From Hydrolagus affinis (taxonomy: Eukaryota), in NCBI GenBank assembly GCA_012026655.1, contig JAAILG010001907.1:1-60375 (forward strand): 60,375 nucleotides of DNA, read 5' to 3'. Shown here piece after piece: positions 13,770 through 26,570 of the stretch. Each line of letters begins with the position of its first letter. Position 1 is the first letter of the stretch. Both the position numbers and the translations under genes were made by a program. Below the pieces are notes generated by a model. That model had not been told where the DNA came from. It searched no databases and worked only from the letters and a program-made list of their open reading frames with translations.

Positions 13770-14540
13770 TAAATTTACTGACAATCAAGGGACCAAAGCG
13801 ATGGGCTGAGCTGCTTTCAAGGTTCTGTCCTTGACTGGTTCTTATCTCCGCTAATGGTTTCTCTCCCAGCCCCACACAGTCACGTGCGATGTTCCTCAGG
13901 GCTTTGTCTTCCATCCCCTCCTCTTCAACCTCTACATTGGTGACATCATTATAGACATGAGGTAAATTTCTGCATATATGCAGAAGACACCCAACTCTAT
14001 CTCTTTGCCTCAACCCTCGATTCTCAGACAACTGGCGTGCTGATAAACTACCTGTCAGATAGCAAGTCCTAGATGAGAGACACCTTTCTACAGCTAAACG
14101 TCAGCAAGGCTGAGACCCTCCTGATTGGCTCGTGCTAGTGCCTTCGCACCTCAGGTATTGGCAGCATCATCATCCACGGATGCACGCTCCACCTCACCAA
14201 GCCAGTCAGGAACCTGGATATCTTGTTCGACCCTCAGCTGCCACCCCCATATCCATGCCATGACCAACATTGCCTGCCACCACTTTCGTAACATTGTCCG
14301 ACTCCCCCACTGTCTCACTCCTCAAGCCGCCAAAATCCTCCTCACACATGCTTTTGTCACCTCAGGGCTCGACTATGGAAACTCCCTTCTTGTTGGCCTC
14401 CCCAACTTTTCCCTCCACAAGCCACAGATCATCCAAAACTCTATAGCTCGTGTCCTCTAATGTACCACATCAGCCACTGTGACCCCATCAGCTCCCCACG
14501 CGTCCGGCTACACTGGTCCCCCCCAATCCCTCAGAAGATA
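13770..14540 (+). mobile_element. L2-clade LINE ORF2 RT fragment (5' part of an interrupted copy)
   Basis: Decayed VPQG..PLLF (GTTCCTCAGGGC), YAEDTQLY (TATGCAGAAGACACCCAACTCTAT) and HAFVTSGLDYGNSLLVGLP...IIQNSIARVL. Confidence 0.88.
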
Positions 14541-14602
14541 ACAACAACAACAACTTGGATTTATATAGAGTCCTCCATGCCAGACAGCGTCTCAGAGTGC
14601 TT
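14541..14602 (-). mobile_element. Inverted L2-type 3' tail (first half; resumes at 15627-15695)
   Basis: (CAA)n followed by CTTGGATTTATATAG...CAGAGTGCTT is the reverse complement of the L2 tail seen throughout the window. Confidence 0.7.
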
Positions 14603-15626
14603 CCCAGTTCCTCTGCCTTCGCCACATCTGCTCTAACGATGCAACATTTCATACCAGAGCGACTGAGATGTCTGCATTTTTCCTCGACCGAGGATTCCTA
14701 CCAACCATGGTAGCAAATGCCCTTGACCGTGTCTGTCTGATTTCATGCACCTCCGCCCTCACCCCTTTCCCCCCCATCGCGGAATTGTGATAGGGTCCCC
14801 TTGGTCCTCCCTTACCACCCTACCAGCTTCACCATTCAACACATCATCCGTAGAAACTTCCGTCACCTGCAACATGACCCATCCACCAAGGATATATTTC
14901 CCTCCCCTCCCCGCATTCCGAGGGACCGTTACCTCCGGGGTTCTTTGGTCCACTCCGCTGTCAGCACCACCAACTGCTCTCCTTCCTCTGGCACCTTCCC
15001 GTGCCAGCGCAGGAAATGTAATACCTGCCCTTTCACCTCCACCCAAACCACTCTCCAGGGATCAAAACACAGTTTCCATGTGAGACAGCGGTTCACATGT
15101 ACTACCACCAATGAGTATACTGTATCCGCTGCTCACGGTGTGGTCTCCTCTACATTGGGGAGCCTCAGCGCAGATTGGGAGACCGATATGCAGAGCATCT
15201 TCGCTCTGTATGGAAGGTCAACCCTGATCTTCCAGTCTCCCTCCATTTCAACTTGAGCTCACATTCAGAGGCTGATCTTTTGATCCATGGTCTCCTGCGC
15301 TGTTCCAGTGACCCACAGCGAAAGCTTGAGGAACAGCACCTCGTCTATCTACTGGGGACATAACAGCCGTCGATTCAACATTGGACTCCCCTTGAAGTTG
15401 TTAACACACATTCAATCCATCAGTTAACACACTCTTTTTTCCTTTTCCTTTGTTTTCTTTGGCTCCCTTGTCTTCCATGTCCTGCCTCTCCCTCTTTAAC
15501 ATCCTTAAGAAATCTCTCCCCCCCAGTTCTGACGAAGGGTTGTAGACCCGAAACGTTGACTCTTTTTCCTTTCACCATGAATGCTGCCTGACCTCCTGAG
15601 TTTCCCCAGCAACTTCTGTTTTTGTT
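14603..15626 (+). mobile_element. Penelope-like element (RT C-terminus, linker, GIY-YIG endonuclease, 3' region), frameshifted
   Basis: QFLCLRHICS; LPYHP..IQHIIRRNFRHLQHDP..IFP; GTFPCQRRKCNTC; FTCTT then, after a frameshift, VYCIRCSRCGLLYIG...GDRYAEHLRSV...PVSLHFN...RKLEEQHLVYLLGT. Confidence 0.92.
15525..15561 (+). ncRNA. Minimal type I hammerhead ribozyme motif in the Penelope 3' region
   Basis: AGTT-CTGACGA-A-GGGT-TGTAG-ACCC-GAAA-CGTT-GACT: CUGANGA and GAAA boxes, 4-bp stem II, stem I AGUU/GACU, and palindromic AACGTT in place of stem III. Confidence 0.7.
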
Positions 15627-15695
15627 CACAATAATGGATCTTGGGGCCGAGCCAGGGAGAGGGGGAAAAAAGTGACCAAAAGCACTGTCAAAAAG

Positions 15696-15952
15696 AAAGG
15701 ATAGTATTCAATATCCTCATCCTCACTTTCATGGTCCTCCATGGAATTGCCCCCTCCTACCTCTCTGACCCCCTATTAACCTGTCCACTCCCTCCATTCA
15801 GCAATCTCCAGCTTGCTCTATGTCTCCAGCCCGACCCACCCTGCCAGGCTTTCAGCCTCTCTGCCCCTACTCTTTGGAACTCCATCCCACAATCCCTTCA
15901 ACTTTCTCCCTCCCTTGCCTCCTTCAAGGCCCATCTCAAGATGCTCCTTTTC
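15696..15952 (+). mobile_element. L2 LINE 3' part (continuation of 13770-14540)
   Basis: RIVFNILILTFMVLHGIAPSYLSD...AFSLSAPTLWNSIP...SFKAHLK resumes where the 5' part stops (..PIPQKI). Confidence 0.85.
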
Positions 15953-15959
15953 CTTGTTT

Positions 15960-16281
15960 GCCTGTTTCCCCTGATTGGAGAATCTAAAACCAGGGGTCAC
16001 AGTCTTAAAATTAGGGGTCAGCCCTTTCACAATGAGTTGAGAAAAAACTGTTTCACTCAGAGGGTGGTGAATGTATGGAATTCTTTACCCCAAAGGGCTA
16101 TTGATGCTCAGTCCTTGAACATATTCAAGACTGAGTTAGATAGATTTCTCATTTATAAAGGGATTATGGAGGTAAGGCAGGTAGCTGGAGTTAGAGTAGA
16201 ATATCAGCCATGATTGAATGGTGGGGCAGGTTCGATGGGCCAAATGGTCTACTCCTGCTCCTATTTTTTATGTTCTTATGT
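15960..16281 (+). mobile_element. CR1 LINE 3' end
   Basis: LFPLIGESKTRGHSLKI...FTQRVVNVWNSLP...FKTELDRFL plus tail TCTACTCCTGCTCCTATT..TTATGTTCTTATG. Confidence 0.9.
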
Positions 16282-16459
16282 CTTCAATTGAACCAGAGTC
16301 TGAACACAAACATCAATTATTTCTCCAAAAACAACACAAAAATCTAAAACCAAGAACAGGCCATTTCTAGGTACATCAAAATGTGATACGCAGCACATTA
16401 ATATTTAATTGACATGTGTAATCTGTGTCCAGATACAATCTACAATAAAATATAGAGTC

Positions 16460-16575
16460 TCAGAAATCATAGCACAGAACAAGACCATTTGGCCCATAAG
16501 CCTCTGCTAATCCTCATTCCTCCTCTGAAGCTATCTACGCTAATCCTATTCCCTGCTCTAGCATCATCGCCCTTA
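16460..16575 (-). mobile_element. CR1 3' tail remnant
   Basis: CATAGCACAGAACAAGACCATTTGGCCCAT...AATCCTATTCCCTGCTC resembles the tail at 26057-26170. Confidence 0.55.
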
Positions 16576-18554
16576 TAAACATAGCAATGTGCTCATGTTG
16601 CAAATATAATGGAATTGAACCCAATATTGTGCAATGCCACAGGTTAATGAAATTTAGTCCAAAATTTCAAAAAGTAAAGAACAAGTTATTTTGCTGTATA
16701 TAATTAAAATACATTAATTTGTGTTTCAAATTATATTTTACCAAATAAATACTCTATAACCAGACAATAGTTTCCAATCAGAAATCAGGCAATTTCAGCT
16801 ATGACGACGTTCATAGACATCAAGATGCTCCTAGTCAATTGACTAAACTATTTAATTGAGCACCAAGAGGAGCTCCCCTGCACTATTTTTAATTCAGAAT
16901 GGGTCTTCAAGTTTCAAAGTTCTAAAACTGCAGTTACTAGGTATTTAAAAAGGTATTTAAAAAGAACAGAATCCTATTTTTTTATTTGGAGAGGCATGTT
17001 TCGTTCTTAAAACCTAACGCTCTCTGACACTGCTAACGTCAACAAAACCTACGTTTTAAAAGAAGCAATCTAGAAAAGAGTAATAATGTGGGATAGAAGC
17101 TATGACCTGGGAAGAAAGCAATTTGTTAAAAAAAAAGTGCAACAGAGTTTACTGGGCACCACAAGAAATAACTGGCAATTTCTGTCAAGAGTGAAACATA
17201 GTCAAGTATTTTTATCTTTGGAATAAAGATACAGCACCATACTGCAGGGAACATATATTGTATTTAAGTGAGATGTGAGGGTAATATTTTAGGATTTATG
17301 AGGATCTATCACGTCACCTCTATTTTAAACCCATTTACTGCAGACTCTGCCAAGGCACTACATTTTCCTTCAACACTCTTCGTTAAAAATGTTGTTATTC
17401 CTTTGGGATTTATATAGAATCTGAATAGAATGGGATAATAACAATTCCTAATTTAGATTATTTGTAAAATAAACAAATATGTTCTGGAGTAAAATGTTCA
17501 GAACAATGCCAGGGTTACATTAATCAATATACTGGGCACAACTTTGTAGTGTCTGAGCATCATGCCTTTCTAATCCTTATGAATCCTGGTTAACAATTAT
17601 TTTCATCATTTCAATGTTTGGATATGCTGACCTTTAATTATACGTCAATGTTAGAAATGTCTTTTGGTCTCAAGGTGACTAATAGCAATGAGGTGAGAAT
17701 AGGCATTCAATCACTGGCTGGAGTGGGCACAAAAGAGATGGAAATCTGTGAAGTCTTCAGCAATGTAGAGTGATAGATATATTTCCAGCTTTTAGTTGTA
17801 TTCACACTCAACATGCCTCCTACAACAACAAAACCTAAAAGTTGAAAATCATTTAAATACAGGCCTACCCATCCCACGGGTTGGTACTGATATTTTAAGT
17901 GTGCAAATATAAAGATGCAAAGCCTACAGTACTTGAGATTTGTTATTCCATTTGTGACGAGAACTTGTCTTCCAACTGCCAATTTTTTTGTGCTAATGTA
18001 CAATAAGCCTGGCATTAAATATTCCATTAAAGCACTTTATATAATGTTACAGTGATAATCCGTTTTAAATTATATTTCCTGAGCACAGATTTACTTTTTA
18101 AAGAAATCCAGGTAATGTGAGGCTGCAGTTTAATTTTGCATCAAGACACTCTCTTAAAAATAAGTCTTACATCAATGGTGGGATACGGTCATATGGGGTC
18201 ACAATTCTCTATATTATGATTTTCTGATTTGGGGATTGCCAATGGTAAAAGAAAATGGATGGACAACCATCCAGGTAGCACTTATACTGCCTTGACGTTT
18301 AACGAAGAACTGAATGGACAGTCGCCTGTCTTGTAATGCACCTGGGGGTACTATACATTAAAAAAAACAATAGAAGAGGAACTGATTTTTTTCCAAGGAC
18401 TCTTCAAGATGTCTCTGAACTCTAAAATCACCAGAGTCTTTATCTCTGTACCATTCCTCTCTAGTTTGCGTAACACAAAGCAAAACAAGCTGTATTCACA
18501 TTTTATTTGTGGAGTTTTTGTTTTATCTTGCCTTGTTGAAGGTCTTCACCTGCA

Positions 18555-18938
18555 TAGCCTTACCCCACCCCTCCATCTCTGCAACCTCCTAATCCCCTAA
18601 CAATCTGTCTGTTCCTTTCGCTCGGCGGGCTGAGGCCAGCTCCACATGCCCTGACCCACCCGCCACATCATCGGGGGCATGCGGGATAAATACAGCCACT
18701 CTGCCCCCTACCTCTGGAATTCCGCAAGGGCACTCTGCCTCACCTCCTCCCGAGCCAGCCACCTTCAAATCCTGCTTCAAGACCCTCTTCTTCATCTGTG
18801 CCATCGGTTACCCCCTTCCCCAACACTGCCATCCACCCTCCCTGATCCTGGCCCCAGCTCGGATCTGAACCACTGATTGTCCAGCGCCTTGGCCATCCTC
18901 CAGACATGAAAGTGCTATACAAATGTAATTTTGATGTT
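18555..18938 (+). mobile_element. L2 LINE 3' end
   Basis: YSHSAPYLWNS motif and tail CAGCGCCTTGGCCATCCTCCAGACATGAAAGTGCTATACAAATGTAATTTTG. Confidence 0.82.
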
Positions 18939-21900
18939 GGGTTTTTTCTTGTCTTGTCGAATATACAAAAAATTAACAAATTGGCACAATGGCAAAAATC
19001 AGGCACAATTACTTTGAATGAGAGCCAGGGATTAAAAGGTTACGGTGCCAGGCCAAATGTCCTGCTGTCAATGCCAGAAATCAATGAGAAATAATGTACT
19101 TGTTTTGGTTTCAAAGTAAACCTTAGGGTAGAATAACTTCCAATGATGTCATGAACTGGCCTTCAGGCCACCTAGTGTAGTAGAACTGTGAAATACCACA
19201 GAAACCACAAATGTAATGGAAATGTGGATTTACTTTCCTACCTAACAAGCTGGCACCATCCAACCAACCATGTTCTGTAAACACAGAAATTACACTGTCC
19301 TGATCCAAGGAGTAATTAATCCAATCAACAAAGGATTATTTTTATTTTGTTATGGAAACCTGGCATAGTTTAAACAAAACATCTGTTTACATTTCATAGG
19401 AAATCGTCTTCACCATTGAAATGTAAAATAGATTTAATGCATTAAATTAATTCAGCCTAAAACATTCAAATTATGAATTAACACTGATTGCTCTATGTGG
19501 TGCCTGTTCTGAAAGATCTTTTATTCTGGGTAACTGGTTATTTTCCATCTTTGATCTTCCCTATAAAACAGTGACGGCACCTACTCATCCGATTTCTCAT
19601 ATGTTTACTGAAGGGGAGAACTGCTGCTAGGTGATAGATATACAGTACAATTAAATCAGGTTATCACAAAGGATGGTTGAGATCAGGACATTGGACTCAT
19701 TTAAAAACAAAAACAGCTTCATGCTGTGTTGGGAGGACAGTGGGATGGGTATTGTGGGAGGAATCAAATGGGCTGGACGGCTTTCTTCATCTGAACTAAT
19801 CTTGTGATTTTTATGAACATACCAGTGACTCTTCGAACCACTGTATCTTTGCTATTTCTCAGATCAGCAATAGTTCATAGTGAAATGAGGAATCACTGCC
19901 ATATTCCGTTAAGATTCTAATGTGGACTTGATGAACAATAGGGGCTGAATGCAGATTAAACCATCCGCCACAGGTCAGTGCTTTAACCAGGTCTCTTTAT
20001 CCCAATACAAACCATGATGCAATGTTCATTATTTACTGTAGCTCATCTTCGGAAGAGGCTGTAGCATGCATGCCCTGAATCAAATAGACATTTTATCTAT
20101 ATCAGTGTGGGTTAAGATAGAATATGTTGTAATCATTATTTGTAATACTTTTGAAAGGTGCAATAAAACAGCATAAGTTTGAAACAGTAATAACAATAAA
20201 ACAGCAATTAGGCAGTGTTGTTTCCAGCATCAATGCTACAAAGCAGGAATACAATAGGGTTTGCAGGTACAACTCCCCACAGGACCACTCACAAACTCAA
20301 CCCTGCTTCAGTGAGGAGGTGATAAGTGATGATGAGCAAAAGTTTCCCTATAGGTAATGAAGGTCAGCCACCCAGAGCCACTGCAATAGGAACCAGTGGC
20401 TGAATCTTCACTGCAACACTGGCAGTGGTGTGCAAGCAGATTTGATGGGATGGTGCATCGCACACAAAAGACACACTGGGAAATTGGAAGAATATCATGT
20501 ACAATTGAAAAGAAGCCTATGAAGTTACACAGCAAAGTAAAATCACTCACAGATTAAAGCCTTTAGGGGACTGCAATTTCTACAATGTTCAAAACACACA
20601 TTTTTCTTTCTAGTGCACCACAGCATAATTATGTGATTGAGTGGGTGGTGTCACAACCACACCAATGATTAACACTGAACTGCAGGCAATGTGGGTGCTT
20701 ATTAAAGGAATACTACAATTAAACCATTATACAGGGGGAGTTTTTAGACCTGCTTATTTCCAGGAATATCCATGAGTAACCTGCTTTGAAAACATCTCTG
20801 CTTTTCGTGGATTGTACTTTCTATGCTAGCTGTCATTGCTGCTGCATAGCAACTCTTAACAATGTGCCTAATGTCAAAGATTTTTGTCAGTGTTCCACCC
20901 TCAGCCCACCCTCCCGATGCTACTGTCGGCAAATACACAATGATATGGCAAGGAGCAAAAGTATACATCAAATTCATAATTCTTTATTTGAAAGATGTGG
21001 TGACTTCATTAAAACTTTAAAAAAAATCTGTTGCTCTCTGCGGAGACAGGGTGACAATGTGCCATTTATTTCATGAAATCATGCTCAAACAATCCAATGA
21101 TGATCTTCATTGTTATACTTGTGACATTGTCTGTGTTGGCTTATAACAGCTTCTCCTTCAGCACCATCTTATTAAGAAAGTGAGCCTGCAGCCCTGTGAG
21201 GTTCGATCTCCAGTCTGTGCCTCATTAGTTGATTTTAACTGGGATAAGGCCAGGGGAAACATAAAATAGCCTCAATGTCCCTAGGCTACAGAAGTGAAAT
21301 CACAGCCAGCATCCCTGTACTGATCACTATCCAGCATTCCTTTCTGGAATGTGGAACTATGTGTAAGTAAAACATGGGGCTTAAGTACAATATTGACCAC
21401 AGTTAAGTAACCTGCTGCTATTCAAATCTTCAGGCTTGCATAAGAGTTGCAGCCTTCATACAATAATGAACCATTTGGTGTGGTGGGGGGGCGGGGGGGT
21501 GTAGAGGGGGTAATAAACATCCTTCTTGTAATACAAAATACACAGTCACTACACTTTACACTATATTCCTTGAAGTGTTTTGAGACATCTTGAAGGTGCG
21601 ATAAGTCACTATATCAAATGCAAGGATTATTATTATTCTCTTCAATTCTCCCACAGTGAAACACAGCTAGTTTAGTGCTAAATTACAGCTAAGTTAGTGA
21701 CATGACTAAGAAATCATAAGCCTCAACCTATTTGAGGAAATTGAGCCCGGGCTATCATTGCACGTCACTAATTAAGCTGTCAGCTGTCTGTCTGGCCAAT
21801 CTTGTTCCCCCAAAGAATATTATTTTAGAAATAATAAAATATGAAATATCTCTTCTCCACCCCCAACCCAAGAAACTAAAAACATCTCCACCAGTGAAAT

Positions 21901-22666
21901 GATCAACCTCCATCTCAGGGCACACAATACAAATAATGTATTTGTTTTTTGCCAACCTGGAATAAAAATACAGCACTATATAAATTAAATGATTGTATAG
22001 GTTATAAAAAGATGCAGATCATTTTGAATCCAGACTACAGCTGAGGCAGATCACTTGTCATTGAGCATCAAGCTATAGCTCAGCCCGAGCTACACCTGAG
22101 CATTGATTCATCAATATAACTGTATGAGGATCATTTTCCTCTTTATTTACCCATTAAGAGACTTTGATAAAACTAGTGAAGCAGGAAAGGGGGGTCAGTA
22201 CAACACAAAGCTGACATTAGAATGTGATGTAAAGTCACAGAGTCTTCAAAAATATATGTCAAATTATTCCAACCTCCATCCCTTGCCACGACATTGCACC
22301 TTTCTGTTGAAGCTTCCTCGACAGATCACAAAATAAGAACAAAGACCGCAGACAAAAGCCCCTCCTCACTTCTTTCATAAAACAGCTGTTGTACCAGATG
22401 TTATAGGCAACGCAACAAGACCGTCGGGTCTCTGTTTCTATATGTTATAAACTGTGAGAATTTATAACAATTATGTAATTTGGGAAAGTATTACTGTCCA
22501 GGAGGATAAGCGGCAAGGAATGTCATTGTCAGGGTTCCACTCTATGACTGGTGAACAAAGAGTGGAATTAATTGTTTCCCTATGATGACAGAGAGATCAA
22601 CTGATATCAACAACTCACAACATCAGGAACTGCCAATGCAAACCTATACCTATGCCACAGGAACCT

Positions 22667-23003
22667 GGAGCCCCTGTGGCTGAATGGTTAGAGCACTTGT
22701 CTTGCAAGCTGGGGAGACCAAGCTGGGGAGACCTGTTTTCGAATCCAGGCAGATCAGGGCGAAACCTTGGGGAAGTTTCCTTACTCCACATGCCTAATAA
22801 TAATCCGTCCAAAAAAAACACAATAATAAAATTGGTCATTTCAATCCACGACTGTTTGTGGGACACTGCTGTGCACAATTGGCTGCCGCGATTCTCCCAC
22901 AAATATACAGTCAATTCACTTTACAGTTTATTCTGTGAAGTGCTTTGGGACGTCGATAAGATGTGAAAAGCACTATATCAAATACAAGGATTATTATTAT
23001 TAT
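22667..23003 (+). mobile_element. Full-length tRNA-derived SINE (DeuSINE-type core, L2-like tail, (ATT)n end)
   Basis: A box TGGCTGAATGG (22677), B-box-like TTCGAATCC, TTGCA anticodon-like loop (Ala), Deu-like TGTGGGACACTGCTGTGCACAATTGGCTGCCGCG, tail AAATACAAGG(ATT)n. Confidence 0.88.
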
Positions 23004-26000
23004 AATACACTACCAGCTGCAAAGTAATGTACCTGAACCCACTACACTGCACTCTAAATTATTCCCAGTTTCATTAACACAATATTGGATGGGGTGAGGG
23101 AAGTGGAGGGAGAAATTTTCATTCCCATGTGTCTTAAATTCCTATTAGTCCTCTCATTGCAAAATAAACGAGTACTGTAGTCACTGAGATTATAATTTCC
23201 TGTCAGACACGATACTACGCTTCATTCCATCCCGAGTTAGCATTGACCATAAAAGAACATAGCTGTCAGGAAGCTATGACATAATCACCTCCTTATTACA
23301 CTCAAAGACACAGGTTTTCTTTCCAATTGTTCTCACTTTAGCATAAAAAATTCAAGAGCACTTTTAACAAATGAATGAATGTTTTATAGGAAGCTAGTGG
23401 CAAGACCATCACAGTACTCTTAAAAATCAATGTGGTTTTCTAAGTCAAGTGAAAAGTAATGCCATATCATTTCTAATTGAAGTAATGGCTAACCAGTTTG
23501 CACTATACATCAAGTATTATTGGAGAGAAATTCCAGCTAGGACTCAATTTATTTTATTTAAGTCGCATTTTAGAAGGTCCAGAATTCAGTCTTAACATTG
23601 ATGCCAGAATCTTCTGCAGTTCTCAAAAGAACTTGCAGAAAAACAATATCAAAACTATGGTTGTATTTTTAAAATTTCAGACTCTCTAAAATACAGCACT
23701 ATACAAATTGGGTATATCTAGCTTTAGGTGGAATTTCCCCTCTTAGATGTGAGTATTTAACATCTTCCACGGCCGCCAATATAGCCTCACTAGGATAATT
23801 ATTATGAAAGACCTTAAATGCTAAGGTTCTAACTCCTGTTTCTGAGAGGTAGAAATGTGGATAGTGGTGTGTAACTTGGATAAAACATGTGATTATGTCC
23901 TCTCATGCTTGTCTCACTCACGTTTACACACTTCAACATTATTGTTAAAAGTAGCACGTCAATCCAAAATTTGTTCTCATGATTACTTGGGCATATCGAA
24001 GGGACAATATAGCTAAATTTCAATGGAAACCAAAGAGAAATGACTATTTTTCCCACTTCATCTGTCAGCTGACACGAAAAGGAAGATATTTCTTCAGGGA
24101 AGGAAATTCTAAACAAAGCAAAGCTGCCATTTAACATCTGAACCTAGGTTTGGTCATTCCTTCAAAGCTCTTGTGTGAGGGAACAGATTTGCAATTGATC
24201 AGAAGAAAAATGTCACAATACATGAGAAGTCATGGGAATTATTTTGCATTTGATTTCCAGTTCTTGATAGCATTCCTATCGATTTGAATTTCATCCAGTA
24301 TTGCACCGATCAAACTCAACAGATCACTACATTTTTGAACTGCCAGTCACCGTAATCCAAGCAGCTTGTATGTTGACAGGTTGTTCTTAGACTTTGCTCT
24401 CCAAGGAGAGGCTTGTGATTTGACAAATGCTGAACTCCTCTTTAAAAAAGGCCCAAAGCTTATAGTTTTTCCATTTTAAAGCAGTCGTCATAGGCATTAA
24501 AAGTTCATGAACTAAATGGTTTTGTATATTAAAATGACAGTAAAACAAGATCATGAAAGTAGTAAGATCATTTTCTAAATCAACACACCCAAAGTGCCCG
24601 TGTTATACAATTCGACAGTTTAAAATATATGGTAAAACAAAACAATGGAAAACATTTTGCTTGACAATACTGGGAACCTCAAGTTCATGCAGGTTTTGTG
24701 CCAAAATTCAACCCCGTGGCATGATTCCCTCTAGTTCAAGATGTCAAAAGCTGGCAGCAGCAGTTCTGAATGCGGGATTTGAAATTCATAACTTCATCTG
24801 GAATAATGTAATCCTTATAGATGGTATCATATTTCAGAGGTTATTGAAGATTAATACAAATGTAAATTTGAGAGTGACTAGAACATCTTCCTGAAGTGAA
24901 AGGCACTCTATAAATGTCATTTTGTTGTTGTTGCGTCTACCTGAGATCCCTGTGTTTTGTTGTCCCTGCAATTGAATATCATCTTCCAGACTATATAAAC
25001 CCTCTCTTTGTTTGCCTTCTGTCTGTTTCGCAGTTGAGAAAAAGTTAGGAAAAGTCAGACAAAGTCAGAAAGCAATTTTTTTTGTAAAAGCAAATTTAAC
25101 AATTTTATTTGCAAACTCCGAGTTCCAATCGGCGCAATAACTTGTTGATATCGCATTTTCAACCTGGTGGTATATTTTAAATCACTTTTTATCTGAGCAG
25201 AAAATACAATTCTTGGTCTGGGATTGGCTATTTGGATGCAGGGTTGATTGAACACAATGCCATGTCAACAGTTTTGGCCATTGTGAGTTGCTATTGTGAG
25301 TAGCATATGAGCAGGACAGCTTAGGTCAGACAGATGCTTACATTATTTTCGTTTTTTTAAAAATAAAACCCAAATCGCCCTCCCAACATAACTTTGATTG
25401 CTGCAAGTTAGGAAACATTTAAAAAGAAACATATTTTGCTCTGAAATTGTGGAATTGCCTGCTTAATAACAGTGGGAAGCTCCTTGATTTACAAAATATT
25501 CTCGCAAATTGCTCTGTTTTAACTGCCGAAGAATTGAAAATCAGTTTGTGTGGTGTATGTACATAATAAGCCATGAACCACTGTATTCCCCTGTTAGAGC
25601 CCAGGGTATTATTTGTGAAAAATTTGAGCAATCTGGTCTGTCACTGGTGTGCTGTCAGATGTGGATAAAGGTGCTTATACCATTGGAGTGGAGTATGACA
25701 GCTGCCTGAGTTACCTTCTTAAAGCTCACAACACCCATCCATGTCCCCTGTTTCTGTACTGTGCTCACAGACTGTCATGTAACCTGCTTATGCCCAGATC
25801 ATCTACACTTCTCAGCATTGGAAAATCTGTACCTTGTCGTATCTCATTTTTTTTTCAGTGCTGAAAACGTAATGAATGGATTCCTCTCAGATTTATAAAT
25901 GTTGCAGTGGAGGAAAGTATTTTCATTCCACACAGAGGCCAATTCCTGGGCAACTCTGGTTGTTAAGACAAATATTTGTGGTGAGAATATCACCTGTAGC

Positions 26001-26056
26001 ACTAACAAGGTATTCTAAGGGAATGTTAAGAGTCCTGCTCATCACATGGACTTTCG

Positions 26057-26570
26057 TAGAATCACAGAAGCTTATGGCAGAAAAGGAGGCCATTCGGCCC
26101 ATCTAGTCCGTGCCGGCTCTTTGAAAAGAGCAACTCAATCCCACTGCCCAGCTCTCTCCCCATAACCTAACAGTCTTGTTCTTCCTAAATAAAGATCTAA
26201 TTCTCTTTTAAAAGCTGTTATCGAATCAGCCTCCACCACCTTTTCAGGCAATGCATTCCAGATTCGAACAACCCGCTGAGTGAAAAAATTTCCCCTCAGC
26301 TCCCCTCTGCTTCATTTTGAAACTATTTTAAATCTGTGACTACGAGTCACAGATTCGCCCACCAGTAGAAACAATTTTTCCTTATTCACCCTGTCGAATC
26401 CACTCATGATTTTATAAACTTCTATTAGGTCTCCTCTCAACCTTCTCTGTTCTAGAGAGAATAAACCCAGCCTATCTAGCCTTTCCTCATAACTGAAGTC
26501 CCTCAATCCCCCTGGTATCTGTACTATTCCAGGAAACCTTCTTTGTACCCTTCCCATTGCCTTAACAATA
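26057..26570 (-). mobile_element. CR1 LINE 3' fragment
   Basis: RVQRRF..GLRDFSYEERLDRLGLFSLEQRRLRGDLIEVYKIM...TRSHRFK; tail complement GGAGGCCATTCGGCCCATC. Confidence 0.9.

Noticed and set aside
22667-22750. tRNA-Ala-like gene (also near 41300-41372 and 57295-57365)
   Set aside because: These are SINE heads with broken stems, continuing into SINE body and tail.
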